A DNA stretch of 64,000 nt from NCBI GenBank assembly GCA_964598255.1, contig CAZRBA010000096.1, forward strand, positions 2,676-66,675. The letters run 5' to 3'. Under the pieces are notes generated by a model. It made no database searches. It was not told where the DNA came from and saw nothing but the letters and a program-made list of their open reading frames with translations. The stretch comes from an uncultured Caldithrix sp. (lineage in GTDB: Bacteria > Calditrichota > Calditrichia > Calditrichales > Calditrichaceae). The position numbers were made by a program, and so were the translations under genes. Of this stretch, positions 9,557 through 20,635 are shown piece after piece. Positions within the stretch are counted from its first letter, which is position 1. Every line of letters begins with the position of its first letter.

Positions 9557-10822
9557 ATGCTAAAAACCGAAGTTAAGAAACTATCCAGTTCGAAAAAAGA
9601 ATTGAAGGTGACAATACCTAAGGATGAATACGAAACAATACGTGACCAGCAGGCACAACATATACGCAAAGAAGCACAAATTCCCGGCTTTCGCAAAGGC
9701 AAAGCTCCGCTCGGTATGGTAAAAAAACGTTTTGGCGGGCTTATTGAGGGTTATGCCATGGAAAAAGCCGCCGAAGTAGGTTTGTACGAGGGTACGGCTA
9801 AGGAAGGGATTGAAATTTTAGGTACGCCGGAAGCCAAAGAAATGAATTTTGACGATGACGGAAATTTGGTGCTGACCTTTCACATCGATACTTTGCCCGA
9901 AATCGAGCTGACAAAATACAAAGGTCTCGAAATTATGCGAGATAAGTACGTGATCACCGATAAATTTGTCGATCAAAAGATCGACGAATTGCGGCGGGAA
10001 CGAGCGGAAGTTACGCCTGTTGACGGCCCCGTGCAGGAAGGTTTTCGGGTAACGGTAGATATGCAAGAACTGGACGAATCTGGTGCACCGATTGTTGGAC
10101 GCAAATACGAAGACGTGACCATTGAAATAGGTGAAGGGCATTTTGACAAAGAGATCGAAATGCAATTAATCGGGGCTAAAAAAGGCGAAACCCGGCGCGT
10201 TGAAAAGGTGTATCCCGACGATTTTCCTCAGGAAGATTATGCCGGTAAAAAAGAACTTTTTGACATGACCATCAAAGAAATCATGGAAGTAAAAATTCCG
10301 GAATTGACCGACGAGTTCGTTCAGGATCTGGGCGACGAATCGTTGAAAACGGTTGATGATCTAAAAAAACGCATTCGCGAAAATCTGGAACATCAGTATG
10401 CCAACGAATCCAAGCAACGGTTCGAAGAAGATATGATTCAAACATTTCTAGCCGAAAATCCGTTTGAAATTCCACAAGCTTTAATTGATAATTATGTGGA
10501 TGTAATGGCCCGCAATGCGGTTCAGCGTAATCCGCAGGTTAAGATGGAAGAGGCGCGTCGAGTTTACGAACCCAATGCCGAGACCATGGTAAAATGGTAC
10601 TATTTGACCAAGCGCATTGCGGAAGTGGAAAATATTGAAGTTAGTGACGAGGATGTGGAAAAATTTCTCTCCGAACATGTAAAAGATGAAGAAAAACGCA
10701 AGGAAATGCTGAAAGACAAAGCCTCGGTAGAGCATATAAAGGAAGATTTGTTCTACGAGAAGATAGTTAAGTTTTTAGAAGAAAACAACGAAATCAAAGA
10801 AAACGAAATCGAACTCGACTGA
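9557..10822 (+). CDS. tig: Trigger factor
   Basis: AGGAGG RBS at 9541, ATG 9557; GFRKGKAP ribosome-binding motif; lies upstream of clpP. Confidence 0.93.
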   Translation: MLKTEVKKLSSSKKELKVTIPKDEYETIRDQQAQHIRKEAQIPGFRKGKAPLGMVKKRFGGLIEGYAMEKAAEVGLYEGTAKEGIEILGTPEAKEMNFDDDGNLVLTFHIDTLPEIELTKYKGLEIMRDKYVITDKFVDQKIDELRRERAEVTPVDGPVQEGFRVTVDMQELDESGAPIVGRKYEDVTIEIGEGHFDKEIEMQLIGAKKGETRRVEKVYPDDFPQEDYAGKKELFDMTIKEIMEVKIPELTDEFVQDLGDESLKTVDDLKKRIRENLEHQYANESKQRFEEDMIQTFLAENPFEIPQALIDNYVDVMARNAVQRNPQVKMEEARRVYEPNAETMVKWYYLTKRIAEVENIEVSDEDVEKFLSEHVKDEEKRKEMLKDKASVEHIKEDLFYEKIVKFLEENNEIKENEIELD

Positions 10823-10903
10823 TGAAGCGGAGCAATTTACATTTGCTGCTTTCGGGAATCGTTTTCGGGTAATTTATGTAAAAACAAAGAAAGGAGCGTG
10901 CCG

Positions 10904-11515
10904 ATGCCTCTGGTACCAATGGTTATCGAACAAACCGGGCGTACGGAACGTGCGTATGACATATATTCCAGACTGTTAAAAGAACGGATTGTGTTTTTGG
11001 GTACACCCATTGACGATAATATTGCAAGTCTGGTTATTTCGCAACTTTTGTTTTTGGAAGCGGAAGATCCGACCAAAGATATTTATTTGTACATTAATTC
11101 GCCGGGCGGTATTGTGTCTTCCGGTCTGGCAATTTACGATACGATTAAGTATATTAAACCGGACGTAGTCACTACGGTAATGGGTCAGGCGGCTAGTATG
11201 GGTGCCTTGCTTTTGGCCGCGGGTACCAAAGGGAAGCGTTATGCTTTGCCACATGCGCGCATAATGATTCATCAACCGTTAGGCGGTGCGGAGGGTCAGG
11301 CCTCGGATATTGCCATTGCCGCCAATGAAATTTTACGTATCAAACGTATTTTAAACGAAATATTGGCCGAGGCCACTGGCAAGCCGCTAGAGCAAATCGA
11401 AAAGGACACCGATCGTAATTATTTTATGTCAGCAAAAGAGGCCTTGGAATACGGAATTATCGATAAGATTCTTACTTCCCGTTCGGAAGATAAGGAAGCA
11501 AAAGGAAAGAAATAG
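10904..11515 (+). CDS. clpP: ATP-dependent Clp protease proteolytic subunit
   Basis: [24 protein letters not shown] and MIHQP motifs. Start is ATG 10904 or GTG 10898. Confidence 0.98.
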   Translation: MPLVPMVIEQTGRTERAYDIYSRLLKERIVFLGTPIDDNIASLVISQLLFLEAEDPTKDIYLYINSPGGIVSSGLAIYDTIKYIKPDVVTTVMGQAASMGALLLAAGTKGKRYALPHARIMIHQPLGGAEGQASDIAIAANEILRIKRILNEILAEATGKPLEQIEKDTDRNYFMSAKEALEYGIIDKILTSRSEDKEAKGKK

Positions 11516-12763
11516 ATGAGCAGTAAAAATTTTCGCAATCCCATATTTCGCTGTTCGTTTTGCGGGCGTTCCGCCGACGAAGTGGAAAGTTTGATTTCCG
11601 GACCGGACGTACACATTTGTAATTTTTGCGTTGAAAGCGCAATGGAAATCATAACGCGGCATCGTAAACAAGCCTCCATTCAGGAACGGCAAAGTTTGCT
11701 GCCGCCGAATAAAATCAAAGAAGAGCTTGATAAGTACGTAATTGGTCAGGAAAGGGCCAAGCAAATTTTATCCGTAGCCGTTTACAACCATTACAAGCGT
11801 ATTAACCATATTGTTGAAGCGGAAGATGTGGAAATTGAAAAAAGCAATATTTTGCTAATCGGCCCGACCGGAACCGGTAAAACGCTTTTGGCGCAAACCT
11901 TGGCGAAAATTTTGCAGGTTCCTTTTGCCATTGCCGATGCTACGGTTTTAACCGAAGCCGGATATGTGGGTGAAGATGTGGAGAATATTTTGGTTCGTTT
12001 GTATCATGCGGCCAATTACAATGTAAAGGAGACCGAGCGCGGAATTATTTACATTGACGAAATTGACAAAATATCCCGCAAAGACGGCAATCCTTCTATT
12101 ACGCGAGACGTATCCGGAGAAGGTGTGCAGCAAGCCTTGCTAAAAATTTTGGAAGGAACGGTTTCCAGCATTCCGCCCAAAGGCGGGCGCAAACATCCCG
12201 AACAGAATTTGGTAAACATTAATACGAAAAACATTTTGTTTATTTGCGGAGGCGCCTTTGAAGGGCTCGAAGAAATTATTTTGCGTCGCATCGGCGAAAA
12301 GAAAATCGGTTTCGGCAAAAAATTAAGTACCACGCAAAGCCTTTCGACAAGCGAAATTTACTCCATGGTCGAACCGGAAGATTTGCTAAAATACGGTTTA
12401 ATTCCGGAGTTAATAGGTCGTTTGCCGGTTGTGGGTACGCTCAACGAAATCGATGAAAAAGCCTTGTATTCGATTTTAACCGAACCGAAAAATGCACTGG
12501 TTAAGCAATACAAACAGTTGATGAAAATGGAAGGCATTGAACTGGTTTTTGATGAGTCCGCTTTAAAAGCCATTGTTCAGCAAGCCATTAAGCGTAAAAC
12601 CGGGGCGCGTTCGCTGCGTTCGATTATGGAAAATGTCATGCTCGATATTATGTACAAGGCGCCCTCGATGAACGGATTAAAAAAAGTGGTGATTACGGAA
12701 AAAGTGGTCACCGAAAAAAAGGAACCGGTGTTCGAATTTGCCCGCACCAAGCGCAGTGCTTAA
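11516..12763 (+). CDS. clpX: ATP-dependent Clp protease ATP-binding subunit
   Basis: CSFC...CNFC zinc domain, [23 protein letters not shown] and IGF loop. Confidence 0.98.
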   Translation: MSSKNFRNPIFRCSFCGRSADEVESLISGPDVHICNFCVESAMEIITRHRKQASIQERQSLLPPNKIKEELDKYVIGQERAKQILSVAVYNHYKRINHIVEAEDVEIEKSNILLIGPTGTGKTLLAQTLAKILQVPFAIADATVLTEAGYVGEDVENILVRLYHAANYNVKETERGIIYIDEIDKISRKDGNPSITRDVSGEGVQQALLKILEGTVSSIPPKGGRKHPEQNLVNINTKNILFICGGAFEGLEEIILRRIGEKKIGFGKKLSTTQSLSTSEIYSMVEPEDLLKYGLIPELIGRLPVVGTLNEIDEKALYSILTEPKNALVKQYKQLMKMEGIELVFDESALKAIVQQAIKRKTGARSLRSIMENVMLDIMYKAPSMNGLKKVVITEKVVTEKKEPVFEFARTKRSA

Positions 12764-12789
12764 TAAACCAACGTATCCTGTCGATATAC

Positions 12790-12815
12790 AGCGGAGCTAT
12801 GCTCCGCTTTTTTTT
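12790..12815 (+). terminator. Intrinsic terminator after clpX
   Basis: AGCGGAGC-TAT-GCTCCGCT hairpin followed by a T run. Confidence 0.75.
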
Positions 12816-12837
12816 GCACGAAAAAAAGGGTTTTGCC

Positions 12838-15201
12838 ATGAAAGAAACGGAAATTTTTGAAATCGATTTGACCAAAGAATACACGCTTAATGTTTTACCT
12901 TTAAAAGACCTTGTTTTTTTCCCGCACATGGTGGTGCCGCTGATTATCGGGCGTCCCAATTCCATCGAATCGGTTGAACAGGCCATGAAGGGAAACAAAT
13001 TCATTTTTTTGGTAGCGCAAAAAGATCCTGCTCTGGAAGATATTACCGCGCGCGATTTGTATCGGTTCGGTACCATGGGGCGCATTGTGCAAATTGTGCG
13101 TTTACCTAACGGTTTGCTTAAAGTTTTGGTGGAGGGGATTGTGCGCGGGAAAGTACTCCGCTTTCGCAAACGTCGCTCGGTTATACGCGCAACCATTTCC
13201 ATCCCCTACTCCGAAATCGAGATGGACGACCGCACCGAGGCATTAAAACGGGAGTTGATTTCGCTATTTAAAACATACGTCAAATTGCACGAAGAGCTGC
13301 CGGAAGAATTGATTTTTTCCGTTTCCCAAATTGACGATATGGAAAAGATTACCGATTTCATTGCCGGATATTTGGATTTGCGTCTGGAAGAAAAACAGAC
13401 GATTCTCGAAGAGTGGGATTTGGAAGATCGTATTCATTTGCTGATGGACATTCTTTCGCATGAAAACCATATTCTTAGTTTGAAATCGGAACTGGATGTA
13501 AAAGTGCGGGATCAGATGGTTAAAACCCAGCGCAATTATTTTTTACAGGAGCAGTTGCGTGTTATTCGGGAAGAGCTGGGCGAAGAGGTGGAAGAAGGTA
13601 GTGATGTGGCCATTTTGCGTGCCAAATTCCAGAAAAAGAAACTTTCGGCGGAGGCACGGGAAAAGGTGGAAGAAGAATTGACCCGGTTGGCCAAAATTCC
13701 GCCTCTTTCTCCGGAATACAATGTAATACGGACGTATCTCGAATGGATTTTAAATTTGCCCTGGACGGAGATGACCGAAGACGAAACGCGTATTGAAAAA
13801 GCGCAGAAAATTCTGGACGAAGATCATTTTGGGTTGGAAAAACCCAAGCGACGCTTGTTGGAACATATTGCCGTTTTGCAACGGGTAAAACAAATTAAAG
13901 GGCCCATTTTGTGTTTGGCGGGTCCTCCGGGTGTGGGTAAAACCTCGCTGGGTCGTTCCATTGCCCGTGCACTGGGACGCAAATTTGTGCACATGTCGTT
14001 GGGCGGTATTCACGATGAGGCCGAAATTCGCGGCCATCGCCGAACCTACATCGGTTCCATGCCGGGTAAAATTATTCAAGGCATGAAAAAAGCGGGCACC
14101 ATAAATCCGGTGTTTTTGTTGGATGAAGTGGACAAAATTAACAGCACCTATCAGGGCGATCCGGCCTCGGCATTGCTGGAAGTTTTGGACCCAGAGCAAA
14201 ACCATTCGTTTACGGACAACTATTTGGAGATCGAGTACGATTTGTCCAAGGTGTTTTTTGTGGTAACGGCCAATTATGCCGATGCCATTCCCGAACCCTT
14301 GCTCGATCGTATGGAAATTATCGAATTACCCGGTTATCTGGATTATGAAAAGCTGGCCATTGCCAAGCAGTATTTGATTCCCAAACAATTTAACTTAAAC
14401 GGCCTGCGTAAAAATGAGTTGGAAATTAAAGATGAGTCGATTAACGAAATTATTTTAAAATACACTTTGGAAGCCGGCGTACGTAATTTGGAGCGGGAGA
14501 TCAGTAAAATATGTCGTCAGGCGGTTATTATGCTTTCCAAGGATAAGCGGCGTAAAAGAATTGTAGTCGGTAAGCGCAATTTGGCCAAATTTTTGGGAGA
14601 ACCTAAGTTTATTTCGTCTAAACTAAAAGGCCAAAAAGAAGTGGGCGTGGCTACCGGTTTGGCTTGGACTCCGTTCGGCGGCGATATTTTACGGGTGGAG
14701 GTGAATTTGATTCCAGGAAAAGACAAACTGACTTTAACCGGCAAGCTGGGCGAGGTAATGCAGGAATCGGCTATGATTGCTGTGGATTATATCCGTTCCC
14801 GTTTTCGCAAATTTAAAATCGATCAGAATTTTACATCCAAATACGAAATACACATCCATTTGCCCGAAGGTGCGGTGCCCAAAGACGGACCTTCGGCCGG
14901 TGTCACCTTAACCAGCGGTTTAATTTCTGCCTTAAAAAGGCAACCGTTGCCTTCGGATTTAGCCATGACCGGCGAAATTACTCTGCGCGGTAAGGTGCTG
15001 GCTGTGGGTGGTTTGCAGGAAAAACTGATGGCTGCCAAACGACACGGCATTAAACGCATTATTTTACCGGCAGAGAACAAACCCGATATCCGCGAATTAA
15101 GCAAAGCCTTATTAGATGGGTTTGAGTTGATTTATGTGAAGGATTACGAACAAATTTATGATTATTTGTTTAAAGAATACGACAAAAAGGCGAACAAATA
15201 A
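12838..15201 (+). CDS. lon: Endopeptidase La (Lon)
   Basis: LON N-domain, GPPGVGKT, GHRRTYIG and catalytic KDGPSAG. Start placed at ATG 12838. Confidence 0.97.
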   Translation: MKETEIFEIDLTKEYTLNVLPLKDLVFFPHMVVPLIIGRPNSIESVEQAMKGNKFIFLVAQKDPALEDITARDLYRFGTMGRIVQIVRLPNGLLKVLVEGIVRGKVLRFRKRRSVIRATISIPYSEIEMDDRTEALKRELISLFKTYVKLHEELPEELIFSVSQIDDMEKITDFIAGYLDLRLEEKQTILEEWDLEDRIHLLMDILSHENHILSLKSELDVKVRDQMVKTQRNYFLQEQLRVIREELGEEVEEGSDVAILRAKFQKKKLSAEAREKVEEELTRLAKIPPLSPEYNVIRTYLEWILNLPWTEMTEDETRIEKAQKILDEDHFGLEKPKRRLLEHIAVLQRVKQIKGPILCLAGPPGVGKTSLGRSIARALGRKFVHMSLGGIHDEAEIRGHRRTYIGSMPGKIIQGMKKAGTINPVFLLDEVDKINSTYQGDPASALLEVLDPEQNHSFTDNYLEIEYDLSKVFFVVTANYADAIPEPLLDRMEIIELPGYLDYEKLAIAKQYLIPKQFNLNGLRKNELEIKDESINEIILKYTLEAGVRNLEREISKICRQAVIMLSKDKRRKRIVVGKRNLAKFLGEPKFISSKLKGQKEVGVATGLAWTPFGGDILRVEVNLIPGKDKLTLTGKLGEVMQESAMIAVDYIRSRFRKFKIDQNFTSKYEIHIHLPEGAVPKDGPSAGVTLTSGLISALKRQPLPSDLAMTGEITLRGKVLAVGGLQEKLMAAKRHGIKRIILPAENKPDIRELSKALLDGFELIYVKDYEQIYDYLFKEYDKKANK

Positions 15202-15259
15202 ATATCGGATAAAGTTTTTGTGGCTTTTTTGTTTGTCGGATATTTAAAGATTGCTGTTT

Positions 15260-16756
15260 TTAGGTTGCTTTGTCGGTTAGGTAATAGCAATTTTCTTCGG
15301 AGACGAGTCGTTCGAAAATTTCTTCGTTATGCGAAATAAGCAATATTCCGCTTCCCGCGGCCATTTTCCTTCGAATAATATCCAATACTTTACCGATGCT
15401 GGCGAAATCGAGTCCGTTTAACGGCTCGTCCAAAATAATCAAATCTGGGTGTAAAACCAGCGCCCGTAACAAATTTAATCGTTGCTTTTGTCCGCCGCTT
15501 AAATAGGCTACTTTTTGTTGTAAAAATGCCTGCGGTAAATCCCATTCAAAGACCTCCTGCAAAACGTCTGAAATTTGACGGTCATTACGGAATTTAACGT
15601 TTGGCAAGCCTTTGAAAATATCCCGCACGCGGGCTTGCAAATTAAGTGCTTCGTCCGCATGCTGAAAAACCATGGCCAGTTTTTTACCCCAAATATGTTT
15701 ACGCCATACGTTTTGATCGGTGGTTTCGCTAAAGGAGAAGCCTGCCAGTTTAAAACGAATGTATTGCGGGCGTTGCAAACCGGCAATAATTTTGGCCAGG
15801 GTGGTTTTGCCCATGCCACTGGGTGCTTTTAGATAAATAAGTTCCTGTCTGTGCAGCACAAGGGGAACGGGCTTACCTGTAGCTGCACCCTGCTTAAGAA
15901 AAAAAGTTTTGCCGAAAACCTTAAATTCTGGTTCAACGGTTAAAACGGTTTGCGTGTTTGCCGCATGTTTGCCTTTTGCGGCGGCCCGTTGTTTTTTGAG
16001 CCAAGTTGTGTATTCGTTTGCTTTAAAGTTGAATACCTGTGCCTTTGGGCCCTTAAAACGTCGCAATTCCTTAAAATGAATTTTAGGCAACAAAGCGGAA
16101 TGACGCTTTTCAATTTGGCTGATCATGGAATAGTCGTGGGTAATTAGCAAAATGGTAAACGGGTTTTGCGCGTATTGTCTTAAAAGCTCCCGTAAAAATA
16201 TATTACGGTAAGCATTGTCCAAGCTGCCGGTCGGTTCGTCAAAAACAAAGAGACGGTTTGCACTGCCCGCAGTAAGGGCCAATTTTTTAAATGCCATGGC
16301 TAGTAAAATGCGCTGCTTTTCTCCACCGCTGGGACGGAATGGCTTGGGGTACACCTTAAGTAAAGGCCGAATGTGTGTTTCGTAGGGTTGCTGCCAGAGA
16401 ATTCGTAAAATTTCTTCCTGTCTGTTCGCCGCTTTTGCCAGGGGGCCTTCGTTTAATTGCTCTTGTAAGGTCATTAATGGATTTAAATGGGTGGACGGTT
16501 CTTGAAAAACGAAGAATCCGTTGCGTTGTAATCGGCGTACAAATCCGGAATGCAAGTAGGTGCGGTAGGGTTTGCCGTTAATGGAAATATCAAATTCATG
16601 TGCATCGAGTAAGCCGAAAATCGCCTGTGCAATAAGCGTTTTACCAATACCCGATTCTCCCAAAAGCACGGTGATTTCGCCCGCATCAAGTTGAAAATCG
16701 TCGATGGCAACCAGCGTGCGGTCAAAGCTACGAATATGAATTTGGTAGCGCATCAT
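15260..16756 (-). CDS. ABC transporter ATP-binding protein with two fused NBDs (DppD/F-like, divergent)
   Basis: First NBD GESGIGKT/PSGGEKQR/FDEPT; second NBD APSGMGKT/LSGGQKQR/LDEP. Confidence 0.88.
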   Translation of the reverse strand: MMRYQIHIRSFDRTLVAIDDFQLDAGEITVLLGESGIGKTLIAQAIFGLLDAHEFDISINGKPYRTYLHSGFVRRLQRNGFFVFQEPSTHLNPLMTLQEQLNEGPLAKAANRQEEILRILWQQPYETHIRPLLKVYPKPFRPSGGEKQRILLAMAFKKLALTAGSANRLFVFDEPTGSLDNAYRNIFLRELLRQYAQNPFTILLITHDYSMISQIEKRHSALLPKIHFKELRRFKGPKAQVFNFKANEYTTWLKKQRAAAKGKHAANTQTVLTVEPEFKVFGKTFFLKQGAATGKPVPLVLHRQELIYLKAPSGMGKTTLAKIIAGLQRPQYIRFKLAGFSFSETTDQNVWRKHIWGKKLAMVFQHADEALNLQARVRDIFKGLPNVKFRNDRQISDVLQEVFEWDLPQAFLQQKVAYLSGGQKQRLNLLRALVLHPDLIILDEPLNGLDFASIGKVLDIIRRKMAAGSGILLISHNEEIFERLVSEENCYYLTDKAT

Positions 16757-17712
16757 AGGTGAAACCTTTCGGCTAACGCATTGGTAATTTTGTATAACGA
16801 AAACAGAGTAAAAACGATAACCAACGCCACACTAATGCCCTGTAGGTGTCTGAAAAACAAATTGGGCAAGTAGTCGGGATGGGTTAAGGCATAACCGATG
16901 GCCAGAATATCCTGTTTGCTATCGATGTTTGCCAGAAGGCTGCCCAATGTTACCGGCAAGTTGATAGCACTAATACGGGTGCTCAACCCCACGGAAACGA
17001 TAAAGTCAACGCTGCATTGTAAAAAAATGGCAGCCGAAAAAACGGCGATCATTTTGTTCAGGATGTGCAGCCGGCTATTTTTCCAGAGGATATCGTAGTT
17101 TATGATGCGCCATTCGGAAATACCGGAAACACGCATGGCATTGAAAAAATCGGATTGACGGAAATAGGCAATACGCTCGCGTAAAAGAGCCACCACTTCC
17201 GGAAAAATGAACAATGCAAGAAAGACGGACATCCGGAGCATGATGGCGATATTACTGGTAATTTGGCCTGTTTGGATTTCGTAGGTAATCCAAACATAAC
17301 CGAGAAGAACACCTACGATTTGCGGAAGAGAACGAATAAGGTTCAGGGTAAACAGAATGGCGCCCGCAGCAATTGTTTTTTGGCGATCCGTAAAAAATTC
17401 AATGGAATATGCCGTAGCCCAGGCCATGGCAAAACTAAAAAGGACTACAAGCGTGGCAATGAAAAGCGAATGGACGAATGCTTTTTCCAGCAAATGGCGT
17501 TCGGGAGCATGTAAAAAAAGTACATCCCACAGCCAAAGCAACAGCAATCCGCCCGACCAAAACAGAAAATAAATTTGCGCCGCATAGCGGTTGCCGCCTT
17601 GCAGACGACGTTCGAGGCGAAATAACTTTTGGGCCGCTGTTTGGCGAAATTTTGTGAAAAATGCCGAAAAACGTAAAATCGGGTTTTGTAAACGCTTCGG
17701 AATGTTAATCAT
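16753..17712 (-). CDS. ABC transporter permease, DppC-like (divergent)
   Basis: Multi-TM; EAA-like loop QSDFFNAMRVSGISEWRIINYDILWKN. ATG 17712 overlaps the upstream stop. Confidence 0.7.
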   Translation of the reverse strand: MINIPKRLQNPILRFSAFFTKFRQTAAQKLFRLERRLQGGNRYAAQIYFLFWSGGLLLLWLWDVLFLHAPERHLLEKAFVHSLFIATLVVLFSFAMAWATAYSIEFFTDRQKTIAAGAILFTLNLIRSLPQIVGVLLGYVWITYEIQTGQITSNIAIMLRMSVFLALFIFPEVVALLRERIAYFRQSDFFNAMRVSGISEWRIINYDILWKNSRLHILNKMIAVFSAAIFLQCSVDFIVSVGLSTRISAINLPVTLGSLLANIDSKQDILAIGYALTHPDYLPNLFFRHLQGISVALVIVFTLFSLYKITNALAERFHL

Positions 17713-18806
17713 TGATACCCCAAACGTTTTTTTATTCTGTACAAAATTCCGTCCGTGGCCCATTCAGTGGCTTTAACCAATAAAAATATGCCCCAAATAA
17801 TCAGAATAGCCAAATCATAATTGCGGTAAAGCAGTTGTTGCAGTAATTCGTAGCTAAGATGGCCGTGGATGTTTAAAGCCATTTCGATGATAATCAGGCC
17901 GGTAATGATGAAGGCGGCTTGTTCCTTAAATGTTGCTACATATTGAAACCGAGCGTTCATAAAAATATGTTGTAAAACGTGCCCGTTAAAATTTTTGCGC
18001 AGAGCAAACAAGGCACGCCACGAAATTCCCTTGCGGCTTCCTGGCGTAAAATTGTGGTTTAAATTTTTTACTACGGCTGTGCGCACGTATCCTTTGCGAC
18101 TTTCCGTAAGCAGCAGGTGAAAAAACTTGTTGGCATAGGTAATAAGCACGCCGTTTGATATTATGCCCAATAAAATCATAAACAAGGTGGAGTCGGTATC
18201 AAAATCGGATTTGATGGAATAAGCGATGACATACGCCGGAGCGAACAGTACAAAATAGAGCCCTGTTTTAATTAAAGCCGAAAGGCACAAAGCGAAAAAG
18301 ACGTTCCAGTTTTTTACGGTGGGTTTTAGAAGTATCCGTCGTGCAGCCGATATGATGCGAACCGCATGCGAAGGTTGGTGTTGTTTGTAGCGCAAAAACA
18401 AATAGGTGCCCAATGTTTGCACACCGTAATACGTTAAAGCTATAACCAAAAGATAAATCCAAATAAAATTAAGATACATGGTAAACAGGCGACCTAACGA
18501 AACGCGATAAGTCGCTTTTTGGCGGGAAACAATACGTTGCTGCTGATTTTGGCGGTATTGTTGCATTTGTTGCCAATAGGTTAAAAAGCGGTTGCTGTCC
18601 GCTCCGGCAAATGCGGCAGCCATGTCTTTAAAGAGCTGAACCTGAAACGGGTCGTTAATATCCGGCTGAATACGATTGAGCATTTGTACGGCCGGAGAAG
18701 GCAAATTGCCGCTTGATGCCGGCGGGCGGGTTAGGCAAAACAAAACGAATAAAAACAAACTGACGAATATGGCGCTGCCTAAATGTTCTCGATTGATTTT
18801 TTTCAT
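17709..18806 (-). CDS. ABC transporter permease, DppB-like (divergent)
   Basis: Multi-TM; ESRKGYVRTAVVKNL and IIIEMALNIHG resemble DppB motifs (QDYVRTARAKGL; VIVETVF..PG). Confidence 0.65.
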   Translation of the reverse strand: MKKINREHLGSAIFVSLFLFVLFCLTRPPASSGNLPSPAVQMLNRIQPDINDPFQVQLFKDMAAAFAGADSNRFLTYWQQMQQYRQNQQQRIVSRQKATYRVSLGRLFTMYLNFIWIYLLVIALTYYGVQTLGTYLFLRYKQHQPSHAVRIISAARRILLKPTVKNWNVFFALCLSALIKTGLYFVLFAPAYVIAYSIKSDFDTDSTLFMILLGIISNGVLITYANKFFHLLLTESRKGYVRTAVVKNLNHNFTPGSRKGISWRALFALRKNFNGHVLQHIFMNARFQYVATFKEQAAFIITGLIIIEMALNIHGHLSYELLQQLLYRNYDLAILIIWGIFLLVKATEWATDGILYRIKKRLGYQ

Positions 18807-19663
18807 GGTCGAACCTGCCGAATAACAAGCTTTCCGTTTTGATTCGATTGCATCTCAAAATGAAATTGTCGACAAAGATCACTCAATTCGTTTTCAAAAA
18901 TTTGCGTGCTCCGTTTCCATTGTTTTAACATGGCCGGCTCGGAAAAGCGTACTATCAATCGACCTTTTTGCTTTTCCAGCACCCATTGCGGTGCTGTTCG
19001 GTTTTTTCGTTTTCCCGTTACCTTTTGGAAATAGCGAAAAAATTTTTGATACATACGGTTTTTTCGATTCAGGAAATACTGCAATTGTAACGTGAAATTT
19101 TGCCATTGCTCGGCCAGTTTCAATTCCGCACGATTTATTTTTTGCAGGCGATAACGATAGCGCACGGGCAAAATAGCGAAAGAATAAGGCGCCTGCCAGG
19201 TACGTATGTAATAATAGGCCCCGAATTGAAACAGCAAAACCAATTTTTGTCCCGGCAGGAGCGTACGCACAACCCGTTTGGTTTTGGGATGTAAAAGAGG
19301 TAATTCTTTACCCGCCTTAATACGCACGGTGTCATCGATTATTCGTACTTTTTTGAGCAGAAGGTAATAACCCGTTTGTTCGATTCCACGGGGTTGTGCC
19401 GAAGCATTGAGGATTACAAAATAAGTTTGTCCCAAAATACGTACGCGTTGTACCCGTGTAATGCCATCGGGCAGTGTTTCTTTTTTTCCTAAAACAAGGG
19501 GTAAAAAAGCAGGCCATTGGCTTTTGACGGTTTCGGGAACAGAACGTTGATACGCATCCAGTAAAGCTAAAGGTTGTGCATGTTCGACAATCAAAACATA
19601 GTTTTGCCCGACCATGGCGCCCGCACCGAAATATAGCAATAGCAAAAAAAGAATACGTTTCAT
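18803..19663 (-). CDS. Secreted basic hypothetical protein, possibly with an SH3b-like segment
   Basis: Signal peptide; segment VVRTLLPGQKLVLLFQFGAYYYIR; 4-nt overlap with the permease gene. Confidence 0.6.
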   Translation of the reverse strand: MKRILFLLLLYFGAGAMVGQNYVLIVEHAQPLALLDAYQRSVPETVKSQWPAFLPLVLGKKETLPDGITRVQRVRILGQTYFVILNASAQPRGIEQTGYYLLLKKVRIIDDTVRIKAGKELPLLHPKTKRVVRTLLPGQKLVLLFQFGAYYYIRTWQAPYSFAILPVRYRYRLQKINRAELKLAEQWQNFTLQLQYFLNRKNRMYQKFFRYFQKVTGKRKNRTAPQWVLEKQKGRLIVRFSEPAMLKQWKRSTQIFENELSDLCRQFHFEMQSNQNGKLVIRQVRP

Positions 19664-19930
19664 GAATTTTTTCTTGTTTGTTTTTTACGGAGGTTAACGA
19701 TTTTGTCAAATGGTTGCAATATAAAAAAGTCGAACAAAATAAAAAAGGTAAAAAGCCGTTAGCGCTCCGAGCAAAATGGTTTGCTTACCTTATAAGCGCA
19801 CGGCTGCCCGGCTTTTTTATTTGAACATAGCCGAACAAAGGGTCGGCAAAAGATATGGCCTTGAACAAGGTTTTTAATAAAAGATAACGGGCAGAGCACC
19901 TATAAGCATTGCCGTTATTTATCGTCGTAA

Positions 19931-20635
19931 TTACAGATAAAGCGATAAGCCCAAATAAATAGTTTTGGGAGAGAGCATCCAACCTGAATAATCGGCGGTT
20001 ATTTTTTCGGATCGGGTTTCCGATTGATTAAGATATTTTTTGTTTGTTGTCTGATGTTTATCGAAATAGGAGAGTCTTAAACCATATTGCAAACTTAAAC
20101 TCATATTTGAATGGAAAAACCATTCCACCCCAGAAAGCGCAAGAATTCCGTAAACGTAGCGCGTTGATTTTTGCGTATTGTAACTGCTTGAGAGCGAGAG
20201 CTGCCGCGATTCGGAGTAAGCATATTCATAAGAAAAGCTTGGTCCAAAGCCGAGATAAAGTTTAATAGATTTTTGAGGATGCACATAATACAAATAAGGA
20301 ATGTTTATGGTAAATCTGTAGGAATCATTATCTCTGTGCGTTGTGGATGCGAGCGAATCCTGAGAGTCTTTGTTTTTTAAGTCGTTGGTAGAATTACCGA
20401 ATTCGGTGCTAATGCCGATGCGCAAAGCCGAACGATCATTGAAATGATATTTTAAAGAAAGGGCTGAGCCTTCATAACCGGCGAACTTGAGAAAATCGGT
20501 AACGGAAAACTGTAAAGCATAACGCTTAAAATGGAATATTTTTGCGGAGCTATCGGCTTTGCTTTGGGCGAAGATGAGTTGGGTGGAAAGCAATAAAAGA
20601 AGAGTTGTAATGATGGTAAGTCGTAATGTTTTCAT
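19931..20635 (-). CDS. Outer-membrane beta-barrel protein
   Basis: Signal peptide, alternating beta-strands, GVEWFF, C-terminal LGLSLYL. Confidence 0.7.
   Translation of the reverse strand: MKTLRLTIITTLLLLLSTQLIFAQSKADSSAKIFHFKRYALQFSVTDFLKFAGYEGSALSLKYHFNDRSALRIGISTEFGNSTNDLKNKDSQDSLASTTHRDNDSYRFTINIPYLYYVHPQKSIKLYLGFGPSFSYEYAYSESRQLSLSSSYNTQKSTRYVYGILALSGVEWFFHSNMSLSLQYGLRLSYFDKHQTTNKKYLNQSETRSEKITADYSGWMLSPKTIYLGLSLYL

Noticed and set aside
9288-12837. CIRCE or CtsR heat-shock operators at tig-clpP-clpX-lon
   Set aside because: No TTAGCACTC-N9-GAGTGCTAA or CtsR heptad repeat seen in the intergenic stretches.
15198-15245. Imperfect inverted repeat between convergent lon and the ABC ATPase gene
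   Set aside because: AT-rich with mismatches and a long loop; too weak to call a terminator.
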